DNA of 64,000 nucleotides. Origin: Clostridia bacterium. Its GTDB lineage: Bacteria > Bacillota > Clostridia > Oscillospirales > SIG627. The DNA lies in NCBI GenBank assembly GCA_017507325.1, contig JAFWBD010000042.1:1979-65978 (forward strand), given 5' to 3'. The translations under genes and the position numbers were made by a program. The notes under the pieces were generated by a model. That model was not told where the DNA came from. It did no database searches and worked only from the letters and a program-made list of their open reading frames with translations. This document shows positions 38,942 through 47,506 of this stretch, piece after piece (positions within the stretch are counted from its first letter, which is position 1; each line of letters begins with the position of its first letter).

Positions 38942-39880
38942 TTATTCGCAGCAGGGATCTTCTTTTTTGGGTTCCTCTTTTTTGTCGGCTTCGGGGGTAT
39001 TGTCTCCGAGACCCGTGGTTTCGGCAAAGAGAACGTTGGAGCGGGTCATATTCACCGCATCCGTGGGGATGATGATCTTGGAGGCGGTTCCGCCGGACAT
39101 TTGCACCAGGGCCTCGTACTTTTTCAATTCCAGAACCGACAGATCCACGCCCACCGCCTTCAAAGCGGCCAGACCGTCTGCCTCGGCCTGCTTGGCCAAA
39201 AGAATGGCGCGGGCTTCACCCTCGGCGCGGGCAATACGGGCGTCTCTCTCGCCCTCTGCGGCCAGGATCAGGGCTTGCTTATCGCCCTCGGCACGGGTGA
39301 TGACGGCGGCACGGTGCCCCTCGGCCTCCAAAAGGGTCTCGCGGCGGTCGCGCTCGGCTTTCATCTGCTTTTCCATGGCATTCTGGATCTCGGCGGGGGG
39401 GATGATGTTTTTCAGCTCCACACGGTTGACCTTGATGCCCCATTGATCGGTGGCATCGTCCAAAATGGCGGTCATTTTTCCGTTGATGGTATCGCGGGAG
39501 GTGAGGGTATCGTCCAATTCCAATTCGCCCACGATGTTACGCAGGGTGGTTGCGGTCAGATTGGCCAGGGCGCTGATGGGATTCACGGCGCCGTAGGTGA
39601 AGAGCTTGGCATCGAACACCTTAAAATACACCACGGTGTCGATCTGCATGGTAACGTTATCCTTGGTGATCACAGGCTGAGGGGGAGAATCCAGCACTTG
39701 CTCCTTCAAGGTCACCTTGTTGGCCACCCGATCAATGACGGGGATCAAAAAGTGCAGACCCGCACTCCAGGTTTTTTGATATTTTCCAAGACGCTCGATC
39801 ACGTGTTCCGATGCCTGAGGAACCACCTTCAAGCAGATCAGAAGCAGAAGAACGAGAATTCCGATTACGATATAGGGCAT
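38942..39880 (-). CDS. SPFH/band-7 (stomatin-like) membrane protein
   Basis: N-terminal TM helix, an SPFH core (…ERLGKY…GLHFLIP.ID…) and an A/E-rich coiled coil (…AEGE…A.I..AEGE…). Confidence 0.85.
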   Translation of the reverse strand: MPYIVIGILVLLLLICLKVVPQASEHVIERLGKYQKTWSAGLHFLIPVIDRVANKVTLKEQVLDSPPQPVITKDNVTMQIDTVVYFKVFDAKLFTYGAVNPISALANLTATTLRNIVGELELDDTLTSRDTINGKMTAILDDATDQWGIKVNRVELKNIIPPAEIQNAMEKQMKAERDRRETLLEAEGHRAAVITRAEGDKQALILAAEGERDARIARAEGEARAILLAKQAEADGLAALKAVGVDLSVLELKKYEALVQMSGGTASKIIIPTDAVNMTRSNVLFAETTGLGDNTPEADKKEEPKKEDPCCE

Positions 39881-39912
39881 AAAATCACCTCACTGTATTT
39901 TTTGTTACGATC

Positions 39913-39941
39913 AGTATATCATATGGAAAAAAAGCTGTCAA
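39913..39941 (-). promoter_or_regulatory. Sigma-A promoter of the SPFH gene
   Basis: Minus strand reads TTGACA-17 nt-TATACT. Confidence 0.65.
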
Positions 39942-39977
39942 TTCCATCGGCGGAATTTCAAGAAAAAGGAAGAGGCT

Positions 39978-41933
39978 TTACTTTTTGGCGGCGGGCAAAA
40001 GATTTTTTTCCGCCTGCAGGACGGTGCAAAGGAGGAGATTGCGGATCTTGCGCATGGGGATCTCCCGTGCCACGGAAATGTTCAGATAGCCGCTGTTTTC
40101 ATCAAAGGAATTCTTATAATCGTTTAAATACTTATCAATGAGATCGCGGGGGAGAAAGCAGCTTTTTACGTCCAAAAAGATGCCGTTGGCGGTCTCTCTC
40201 AAAATGATGACGTCCGATTCCTCCGCCACGGAAAAATGAATGCCCGCACTGCTCAGAACCGTGCTTCGAATCAGATCGATGGAGACCTGATTGCCGTTTT
40301 TCAAGGGGAAGCCCTCGTTGGCGGCCAAAAGCTTTCCTAAGGTGTGGGGATTTTGCAGGGGAGCGGTGTCCTCATCGGCTAAGTGATCCAGTCGGGGAGA
40401 TTCCACCCGAAAGGCGGTATTTTTCCCGAACACGGAAAGGCAGCTGTCCAAAACCTCCTCAAAGCTGATGGAATCGCTGATGTTGCCCAGCCAGCACAGC
40501 GCCTGCACCAGAAGGTTCAGAACCAGACCCACCACGAAGCCCAGACCCATTCCCTTCAACTCCACCACGCCCAGACTGACGGAGAGTCCGCTGATGCCGG
40601 AGATCAGAACGGCGGCGGTGATGATCTGATTGGAGATCTTTTTGTAATTGACCCTTTGCTCCACCAGAAGCTGGATACCGGGAGCGGAGATGATTCCGAA
40701 TAAAAACAATTCCATTCCGCCGATCACAGCCTTGGGAATGCTCAGAAGAAAGCTTTGCAAAACCCCCACAAAGGAAAAGAGAATGGCAATGAAGGCCGCA
40801 ATGATATAGGGTGCGGGGGAGAAGGGGTTGATGAGGCTTTGAATGAAGGGATCGGGATCGTTTCGCTTGACGTCGGATTTGTGAATGCTCATAACGGCAA
40901 TGTTTTCCGCGTAAATGGTGTTGGGAACCGAGCCCATCAGCGCGGCCGCCACGGTCGCCACACCGTGGGAGAACAGACCCGTTTGCAGGGATTTGATGTT
41001 TTTTTCGTTGAAAAGCCCCGTTTCACTTTTTTCCTCGTTGGTCATACGGCTGACCACGGTGACGCGGCCGATGTTCTCCGTAAAGACGATGAAGGTTGCG
41101 GGGATCACCGCCACCAAAAGGCCGAACAGATTTTCGGGAACGGAAAAAACGGGCATATGAAACCTGGGAACCGTCAGCCAGCGGAAGGCGGAGGGATCCA
41201 ATTCGGGAAAGCCGTGGAGCAGAATGTGAACCAGATACCCCACGATCATACCTGCAATGATGGCGGCGTTTTTCCAAACGCGGTGGCGGATCAGAGAAAA
41301 GAGGACGATGACCACCAGCGTGGTAATGGCAACCAGAGCGGCATCGGAATCCACCATACCCTCGATCACGTCAAAGCCCGAATCCACAATGGCGGTATCC
41401 GCAAGCTCCAGACCGATCAGGGAAATGGCGGGACCCACAACGGAGGCGGGCAGGAGAAAGGAGAGGATCTTGTCGATCCCCTTTTTTTGGTACAAAAAGG
41501 AGAGAAAGACCAGAATCAGTCCGCTGAATAGATAAGCCCAGCCCACGTATACGTACGCCTGATCAGGCAAAACCTCTTCGGTGGTTTGAATCTGGATCAG
41601 ATAAATGGTCAGCCCGATGTAGGCAAAGCTCGAGCCCACGTAAACGGGGATCTTGCCGCGGGAAAGAAGCGTGAACAAAAGGGTACCGATTCCGCTGGAA
41701 AAGAGGACCAGAGACATATCGATCACGTTTTCCCCGATGGTGTTATTCACCAAAATGGGAACGAGAATGGTGGCGGGCACCATGGCCAAAAAGTGCTCGA
41801 AGGCCAGCGCCATCATTCCGCTGCGGGAGAAGACCCAGCTGAGCCTGCGGCAAAAGGTTTCCCAAGGGGATTCCCCCGGCAGAGGCGCATTGCCCGCCGA
41901 GGCTTCCCGGGAAGAGAAGAACCGTTTTTTCAT
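39978..41933 (-). CDS. NCS2-family nucleobase (uracil/xanthine-type) permease fused to a ~170-aa C-terminal cytoplasmic domain of unknown function
   Basis: 651 aa. The polytopic N-terminal ~470 aa is NCS2-like (…FEHFLAM.PATILVP…, …TENIG…). A soluble tail follows from about …SFEEVLDSCLS… to the end. Confidence 0.75.
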   Translation of the reverse strand: MKKRFFSSREASAGNAPLPGESPWETFCRRLSWVFSRSGMMALAFEHFLAMVPATILVPILVNNTIGENVIDMSLVLFSSGIGTLLFTLLSRGKIPVYVGSSFAYIGLTIYLIQIQTTEEVLPDQAYVYVGWAYLFSGLILVFLSFLYQKKGIDKILSFLLPASVVGPAISLIGLELADTAIVDSGFDVIEGMVDSDAALVAITTLVVIVLFSLIRHRVWKNAAIIAGMIVGYLVHILLHGFPELDPSAFRWLTVPRFHMPVFSVPENLFGLLVAVIPATFIVFTENIGRVTVVSRMTNEEKSETGLFNEKNIKSLQTGLFSHGVATVAAALMGSVPNTIYAENIAVMSIHKSDVKRNDPDPFIQSLINPFSPAPYIIAAFIAILFSFVGVLQSFLLSIPKAVIGGMELFLFGIISAPGIQLLVEQRVNYKKISNQIITAAVLISGISGLSVSLGVVELKGMGLGFVVGLVLNLLVQALCWLGNISDSISFEEVLDSCLSVFGKNTAFRVESPRLDHLADEDTAPLQNPHTLGKLLAANEGFPLKNGNQVSIDLIRSTVLSSAGIHFSVAEESDVIILRETANGIFLDVKSCFLPRDLIDKYLNDYKNSFDENSGYLNISVAREIPMRKIRNLLLCTVLQAEKNLLPAAKK

Positions 41934-41976
41934 TACAATGCGATCCTTTCGTTTTGATCGGTTTCGACTTTATTCG

Positions 41977-42006
41977 ATTATAAAGGAAAGGATTTCGTTT
42001 TGTCAA
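41977..42006 (-). promoter_or_regulatory. Candidate sigma-A promoter of the permease gene
   Basis: Minus strand reads TTGACA-18 nt-TATAAT. Confidence 0.55.
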
Positions 42007-42055
42007 TGGTTTGGAGGGGCGCTTTCACTTTTTTTGCTAAATTTTAAGAAAGGGG

Positions 42056-42084
42056 TTGACAGATTGGGAAAAATCCCTTATCCT
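42056..42084 (+). promoter_or_regulatory. Candidate promoter of a ~390-nt leader preceding the repeat lipoprotein gene
   Basis: TTGACA-17 nt-TATCCT. Confidence 0.45.
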
Positions 42085-42211
42085 TGTAGTGAGGAGAAGA
42101 GCTTTTGCGGGGTGCGGAAAATGCATTCCGCTGAAAAAAGATTCCCATCGATGAAAGATCGGATGGGGGCCGAGGTTCGGCCGAAAAAAGAATGAGATCT
42201 CGGTTCAACGT

Positions 42212-42264
42212 GCGCAGATACAGATGGGAATTTTACCGTCTATCTATGCGCATTTTTTATTTTT
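42212..42264 (+). terminator. Intrinsic terminator/attenuator inside the leader
   Basis: Imperfect stem GCGCA.GATA/TATC..TGCGC followed by TTTTTTATTTTT, about 220 nt upstream of the lipoprotein ATG. Confidence 0.5.
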
Positions 42265-42481
42265 ACTCTAAAAAGCGGAAGGGAGGAAATGATTCCGTGA
42301 AGAAAACCGAAAGAAAAACGCATTTTTTATCAGCTCGGGTCATCTCGTCCTCGGGGAGGTATTGCCTGCTGCTGAGCAGTACCTGCGCATAGTCTGCCGA
42401 CGGGCTATGCGCAACTGCCTTGAAGCTTTCCGATTGATATTTCGAATACAACAAAATAACCGAAAGGAGCGACCCGGCGAT

Positions 42482-44590
42482 ATGATGAAAAAGAAATGGA
42501 GAGTACTGAGCGGCGCGATGGTTCTTTGCCTTTTGCTTGCGATGCTTTCCGCTTGCCATACGGGCGAAATGCCGCAGACAAGCTTTCCGAAAACAGAGCC
42601 CCTTTCTTCCGATGAAGTCCTCACCGATTCTACCGAAGAATCCTTGACCCAGGAAGATGCGAAAACCGAAGAGCCGATCACAGGGGAGCAAGAAACGAAG
42701 GAGCCCGAAACAAAGGAGCCCGAAACAAAGGAACCCGAAACGAAGGAACCCGAGACGGAAGAGCCCAAAATCTTGCCTCCGGAGGGCTTTATTGAATATA
42801 TGGATTGGTGGGGGCCCATCAAGCCGTTTCAGCGATATTACCCCTTTAAAATGTACCGAATTGACTTTTTATCCAGCCACGGGATCTTTTCGATCGAAGA
42901 GGTGCATCAAGCTGCCATTCAGGTCGAACAGAGCGTGACAACTGACGAGATTGTACAAATCCCTTCCATTTATTTGATGATCCAAGCGATGGGGATTCCG
43001 AAGGAAACGTTCATTCAGGTCAACGAAGCCTACAAAGCAAAGCCCACCTCCGATTATCCCGCATATACGGATGAAGAAATTGAGGGGCTGTATCTCCCTC
43101 GGGATCAGATCAAAGAAGCGCTGAAGCTGGATTACGCCTTCTTTTACGAAGGAAATTTATACAATCTTGAGGAATTGTCTTATTTGGAGGATGCAAAATT
43201 AAAAGAAATGATCGCCAAAGGCGGTCTCAATGAATTCTTCGAAAAAAACAAGGTATATTCGGATTGGAGACCGCAGTATTGGAGTTTTATGCTGGACCGT
43301 ATGGCCACCATCCGCCAAGGCGGCACCTCGATCCCCGCAGTCAAGCCCGAGCCGCCGCTTTTGGACGATGAATCCAAAAAGCCGGAGGGTTTTGTGGATG
43401 ATAAATTCTGGATCGGAGATATCCCTTTCTATCTACATTTTATCCCTCAGGTCTACAACTACAAAATGCTGTATCAATACGGCTTTTATACCGAAGGGGT
43501 CGTTGATTTGATGCGCAAGAGGATCGAAAGAAAGGAATGGGTTCCGGTGTTCTATCTTCTCATCAAGGAAATGGAGATCCCCAAGGAAACATTCATTCAG
43601 ATCAACGAAGCTCATAAGAACGCCTTGAAAACAAAGCCTCAGAATTCGGACGAATACCCCGCCTTTACCGATGAGCAGATCGATCTGCTTTACAGCTGCA
43701 CCGAGGAGGAGATCCGCCTTGCCTTGAAAACGGAATATACCTTTTTGTATGAGGGGCAATTGCACACCGTCGGTCAGCTTGTAAAGCTGAACAGCGAACG
43801 TCCGGATATTTTCAGAGAAATGGTGGAAAAAGGCGGTTTAAGCGAATTTTTGGAGCAAAATCAAAAGTATGCGGACTGGATGCCCAGCGTTTGGGTTCCT
43901 TTGCAGAAGCTGGTGGACGAGGTGAAAGGCGGCACCTCGATCCCCGCAGCGGGGCCCGAGCCGCCCGAGCCGCCGCTTTTAAACGATGAATCCAAAAAGC
44001 CGGAGGGCTTTGTGGATGATAAATTCTGGAAGAAGTCTGCTTTTGAGCTGTATTTTGTTCCCCAGGCCTATCATGACAAAATGCTGATTCAATACGGCTC
44101 TTACTCCGAGACGTTCGTTGATCTGATGCGCAAAAATTGGGCCGAGGAAAGCAGGCAAAAATATGGATATACCGATCAAATTCCGCTGATCTATTATCTG
44201 ATCCGAGAGATGAAGATTTCCAAGGAAAGCTTCATTCAGATCAACGAAGCCTACAAGGAGGCCTTGAAAACAAAGCCTCAGAATTCGGACGAATACCCCG
44301 CCTTTACCGATGAGCAGATCGATCTGCTTTACAGCTGCACCGAGGAGGAGATCCGCCTTGCCTTGAAAACGGATTATGCCTTTATGTACAAGGGAGTCCT
44401 GTATAACGTTGCTTTACTCAAAAAGGCCGGAGGAACGGACCCCGTCTTCTTCAGAGAAATGGTGGAAAAAGGCGGTTTGAGCGAATTTTTGGAGCAAAAT
44501 CAAAAGTATGCGGACTGGATGCCAAGCGTTTGGGTTCCTTTGCAGAAGCTGGTGGACGAGGTGAAAAAAACGCTTCCCTCCGCCTCATAA
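42482..44590 (+). CDS. Lipoprotein with an ETKEP tandem-repeat linker and three ~210-aa repeats of an unknown domain
   Basis: Signal peptide MMKKKWRVLSGAMVLCLLLAMLSAC with a canonical lipobox (LSAC), then a repeat architecture (see repeat features). The track start at 42362 is rejected. Confidence 0.75.
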   Translation: MMKKKWRVLSGAMVLCLLLAMLSACHTGEMPQTSFPKTEPLSSDEVLTDSTEESLTQEDAKTEEPITGEQETKEPETKEPETKEPETKEPETEEPKILPPEGFIEYMDWWGPIKPFQRYYPFKMYRIDFLSSHGIFSIEEVHQAAIQVEQSVTTDEIVQIPSIYLMIQAMGIPKETFIQVNEAYKAKPTSDYPAYTDEEIEGLYLPRDQIKEALKLDYAFFYEGNLYNLEELSYLEDAKLKEMIAKGGLNEFFEKNKVYSDWRPQYWSFMLDRMATIRQGGTSIPAVKPEPPLLDDESKKPEGFVDDKFWIGDIPFYLHFIPQVYNYKMLYQYGFYTEGVVDLMRKRIERKEWVPVFYLLIKEMEIPKETFIQINEAHKNALKTKPQNSDEYPAFTDEQIDLLYSCTEEEIRLALKTEYTFLYEGQLHTVGQLVKLNSERPDIFREMVEKGGLSEFLEQNQKYADWMPSVWVPLQKLVDEVKGGTSIPAAGPEPPEPPLLNDESKKPEGFVDDKFWKKSAFELYFVPQAYHDKMLIQYGSYSETFVDLMRKNWAEESRQKYGYTDQIPLIYYLIREMKISKESFIQINEAYKEALKTKPQNSDEYPAFTDEQIDLLYSCTEEEIRLALKTDYAFMYKGVLYNVALLKKAGGTDPVFFREMVEKGGLSEFLEQNQKYADWMPSVWVPLQKLVDEVKKTLPSAS
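42692..42766 (+). repeat. Five tandem 15-bp coding repeats (ETKEP x4 + ETEEP)
   Basis: Units gaaacgaaggagccc / gaaacaaaggagccc / gaaacaaaggaaccc / gaaacgaaggaaccc / gagacggaagagccc, read directly from the sequence. Confidence 0.95.
43317..44566 (+). repeat. Internal duplication within the lipoprotein gene: modules 2 and 3 are offset by exactly 639 nt
   Basis: A 113-nt run is identical (43622-43734 = 44261-44373). A ~117-nt run is near-identical (43811-43927 vs 44450-44566). Linkers 43317-43412 and 43926-44030 are near-identical apart from a 9-nt insertion. Confidence 0.9.
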
Positions 44591-44626
44591 TTTTTCAAAA
44601 TCGGATTTTCCCCCACAACAAAATGG

Positions 44627-44657
44627 CAGACCTGCGCTTAGCGCAGGTCTGTTTTTC
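44627..44657. terminator. Rho-independent terminator between convergent genes
   Basis: Perfect 11-bp stem cagacctgcgc/gcgcaggtctg with loop tta, followed by tttttc. Confidence 0.8.
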
Positions 44658-44673
44658 GGATGAGAAGGCTTTT

Positions 44674-45747
44674 TCAGCGGCGGGATTCGAGAAGCTTTTT
44701 GACCACCTCGTCGCCCACCTGAGAGGTCGTGGCGCTTCCGCCGAGATCGGAGGTGAGGGCGGCCTTTTCCACCAGCATTTCCTCAATGATCTCGATCAAG
44801 CGGTCGGAAAGGGCGCGATGGCCGAAGAATTCCAGCATTTGCGCCGCCGACCACACCGTGGCGAGGGGGTTGGCCTTGCCCTGTCCCGCAATGTCGGGAG
44901 CGGAGCCGTGAATGGGCTCAAACATAGAGGGGAATTTTCGCTCGGGGTTGATGTTGGCCCCTGCGGCAAGACCCATTCCTCCCGCAATGGCGGCACCCAG
45001 ATCGGTGAGGATATCGCCGAAGAGGTTGGAGGTCACCACCACCTCAAAGCGGGCGGGATCCTTTACCATAAACATGCTGGCGGCATCCACAAGATACGTA
45101 TGGGTGGGAACCTCGGGGTATTCCGCCGAAACTTCGCGGAAGATCTGATCCCAAAATACCATGGAATAGTTCAGGGCATTGCCCTTGCTGATGCTGGTCA
45201 GGCTCTTCTTTTCTTTTTTTGCCAATTCGAAGGCATAGCGAATGATCCGCTCACAGCCGTAGCGGGAGAAGACGCCGTCCTGAATGACCACCTCGTTGGG
45301 CTTATTCTTATAGAGCCAGCTGCCGCTTCCCGCATATTCGCCCTCGCTGTTTTCGCGAACGAAGATCATATCGATCTCCTCCCGCTTTACGCCCTTCAAG
45401 GGGCAGGGAGCGCCGTTTAACAGCTTCACGGGGCGAAGGTTCACGTACTGATCGAAGCCCTTGCGGATTCTCAAAAGCAGATCCCAGAGAGAAATGTGAT
45501 CGGGAACGTCGGGCGCACCCACGGCTCCGAGAAAGATGGCATCGAAATGCGAAAGGGTTTCCATTCCGTCCTCGGGCATCATTTTCCCGGTTTCGTGGTA
45601 ATAATCACAGCCCCAAGGGAAAAAGGTAAAATCAAAGGCAAAGCCTCCGTCCACCTCGGCGGCGGCCTTCAGCACCTTGACACCCTCTGCAATGACCTCG
45701 GGTCCGATTCCGTCTCCGCCGATCACGGCAATTTTGTATGTATTCAT
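44674..45747 (-). CDS. Tartrate dehydrogenase/decarboxylase or D-malate dehydrogenase-like enzyme (isopropylmalate dehydrogenase superfamily)
   Basis: …IAVIGGDGIGPEV…, …FVRENSEGEY…, …NLFGDILTDLGAAIAGGMGLAAGANINPE…. Start at ATG 45747 with an AAAGGAG RBS. Confidence 0.8.
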   Translation of the reverse strand: MNTYKIAVIGGDGIGPEVIAEGVKVLKAAAEVDGGFAFDFTFFPWGCDYYHETGKMMPEDGMETLSHFDAIFLGAVGAPDVPDHISLWDLLLRIRKGFDQYVNLRPVKLLNGAPCPLKGVKREEIDMIFVRENSEGEYAGSGSWLYKNKPNEVVIQDGVFSRYGCERIIRYAFELAKKEKKSLTSISKGNALNYSMVFWDQIFREVSAEYPEVPTHTYLVDAASMFMVKDPARFEVVVTSNLFGDILTDLGAAIAGGMGLAAGANINPERKFPSMFEPIHGSAPDIAGQGKANPLATVWSAAQMLEFFGHRALSDRLIEIIEEMLVEKAALTSDLGGSATTSQVGDEVVKKLLESRR

Positions 45748-45864
45748 TGAAAACACTCCTTTTACTAAGTTTTTCCTTGCAATTTTTATTATAACGCGGT
45801 ATATTGTATTTGTAAAATACTATTTTTATTGCAATATATAGCTTTAAGCTATGAAAGGAGAAAT

Positions 45865-46746
45865 ATGACGCTCACGCAATTGCGCTATTTTTGTACGGTG
45901 TGCCACACCGAAAGCGTGACCCTTGCGGCACAGAAATTGAATATTTCCCAGCCCTCCCTCTCAGGGGCTCTTCGGAATCTGGAGCGGGAATTCGGGGTGC
46001 AGCTGTTCCGCCGCCGCCATCGCCGCTTGATTCTGACCGAGGAGGGGGTTCGTTTTCTGGAGCTTGCGGAGCACCTTCTCTCCGAAAGCGACCGCGCCTA
46101 CCGAAAAATGGCGGAGCTGAGTCGGGAGGAGACGCCGCTGAAATTGGGGGTCCCGCCCATGATCGGCTCCTTGGTTTTGCCGCGGCTGTATCGGGCGTTC
46201 ACCGAATCGCCACCCGCCTTTCTCCCCGAGATTGTGGAGGATGACAAAAGGGGATTGGTATCCCTTTTGGAGGAGGGAAGGATCGATATGGCCTTTTTGC
46301 CCCACGATCGGGAATGGGAGGCGCCCTTTCGGAGCATTCTCTTTTCCACTCAGCAAAACGTGTGCTGTGTGGCAAGGGGGCACCCTCTTGCCCGTCGGAA
46401 GAATATCGGGATCCACGAGATCGGAGAAGAGGGGCTTGTGATGTTCAAGAACAGCTTTTTTCAGACCGAGCGGATTCTGGAGCGCTTTTCCCGCGAGGGG
46501 AAAAAGCCGAACGTTTTGCTGTACACCGCTCAGCTTTCCACGGTGCAGAATATGATCACGGCGGGCGCGGCGGTGGGCTTTGTGTTCGAATTTTTGGCCG
46601 CCTCCACTCCCGATGCCGTGGGGATCCCCCTTTTGCCGCCCATGACGACGGATATCAGCTTGGTTTGGAAGCAGGATCGGCCCTTAACGGAGAATATGCG
46701 CGATCTGATCCGCTTTGCCAAGGAAAATCGGGATCTGTCCCGTTAG
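45865..46746 (+). CDS. LysR-family transcriptional regulator, divergent from the dehydrogenase
   Basis: MTLTQLRYFCTV…ESVTLAAQKLNISQPSLSGALRNLE…, with an AAAGGAG RBS. Confidence 0.85.
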   Translation: MTLTQLRYFCTVCHTESVTLAAQKLNISQPSLSGALRNLEREFGVQLFRRRHRRLILTEEGVRFLELAEHLLSESDRAYRKMAELSREETPLKLGVPPMIGSLVLPRLYRAFTESPPAFLPEIVEDDKRGLVSLLEEGRIDMAFLPHDREWEAPFRSILFSTQQNVCCVARGHPLARRKNIGIHEIGEEGLVMFKNSFFQTERILERFSREGKKPNVLLYTAQLSTVQNMITAGAAVGFVFEFLAASTPDAVGIPLLPPMTTDISLVWKQDRPLTENMRDLIRFAKENRDLSR

Positions 46747-47474
46747 TCTCCCAGGCGGATGTTGATGCCGCCGCGGTCGTTGTCGCTTCGTTCCGTATGC
46801 ACGGTGATATAGGGAGCGAGCGCCTGCGCCGTTTGGATCAGGGGCATCGACTGAAGATAGACCTCGCCCGGCCCTGTGACGCGGGTATGGAAGAGCCCTT
46901 CGCCGCCGAAGAAAATATTGGCCGCACCCTTGACCGTTTCGATCTCCATGGAGCAGGTTTCGCTCATAGCGGCAAGATACCCCGTATCCACCAAAATGCT
47001 TTCACCCGCCTGCAGGGTGTACTTTTTGCAGTAGCCGTCGATCTCCAGAAAGACCAGACCGCTTCCGCTGATTTTTTGCATAATAAAGCCTTCACCGCCG
47101 AAGAATCCGTGGCGAAGCTTTTTTTGCAGCCAAACGGAAAGCTCAAGCCCTTTTTCCATGGCAAGAAAGGCGCCCTTTTGAACGATGATCCCTCGATTCG
47201 GCCGCACCTCAAAGGGAATGATGGAGCCGGGAAAATCGGAGGCGAAGGCAACGGTGCCCTTGCCGCCTATGGGCGTGAATTCATTGAGAAAGACGGATTC
47301 CCCCGAAAGCATTCTTCCGAATACCTTTTTCAGACCGCCGCCGGTATTGGTGGACATTTGTATATTGGGGCTCATCCAGCTCATGGCGCCCCTTTGGGTG
47401 CACAGGGTTTGGCCTGCCTCGGGATGGCAGATGACAACGGGGAGATTGCCCCCCTCGATTTCGTATTGCAGCAT
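46743..47474 (-). CDS. AIM24/TIGR00266-family protein of unknown function
   Basis: 243 aa with …MLQYEIEGG…PVV…L..G…AM.WM… and repeated GGEG(F/L) motifs typical of this family. Confidence 0.7.
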   Translation of the reverse strand: MLQYEIEGGNLPVVICHPEAGQTLCTQRGAMSWMSPNIQMSTNTGGGLKKVFGRMLSGESVFLNEFTPIGGKGTVAFASDFPGSIIPFEVRPNRGIIVQKGAFLAMEKGLELSVWLQKKLRHGFFGGEGFIMQKISGSGLVFLEIDGYCKKYTLQAGESILVDTGYLAAMSETCSMEIETVKGAANIFFGGEGLFHTRVTGPGEVYLQSMPLIQTAQALAPYITVHTERSDNDRGGINIRLGD

Positions 47475-47506
47475 ATTTTTTTCCTCCTGTTACGGCTTGA
47501 ATTTTG

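Noticed and set aside
42192-42392. 66-aa + strand ORF in the leader region as a protein-coding gene
   Set aside because: Its 5' part runs through the terminator hairpin and it has no RBS. Only the last 31 codons (GTG 42297) follow an RBS, and even that is speculative; it is mentioned only within the leader finding.
42692-42766. Tandem 15-bp repeats as a possible CRISPR or non-coding VNTR
   Set aside because: The units are contiguous with no spacers, in frame, and inside a lipoprotein ORF, where they encode ETKEP repeats.
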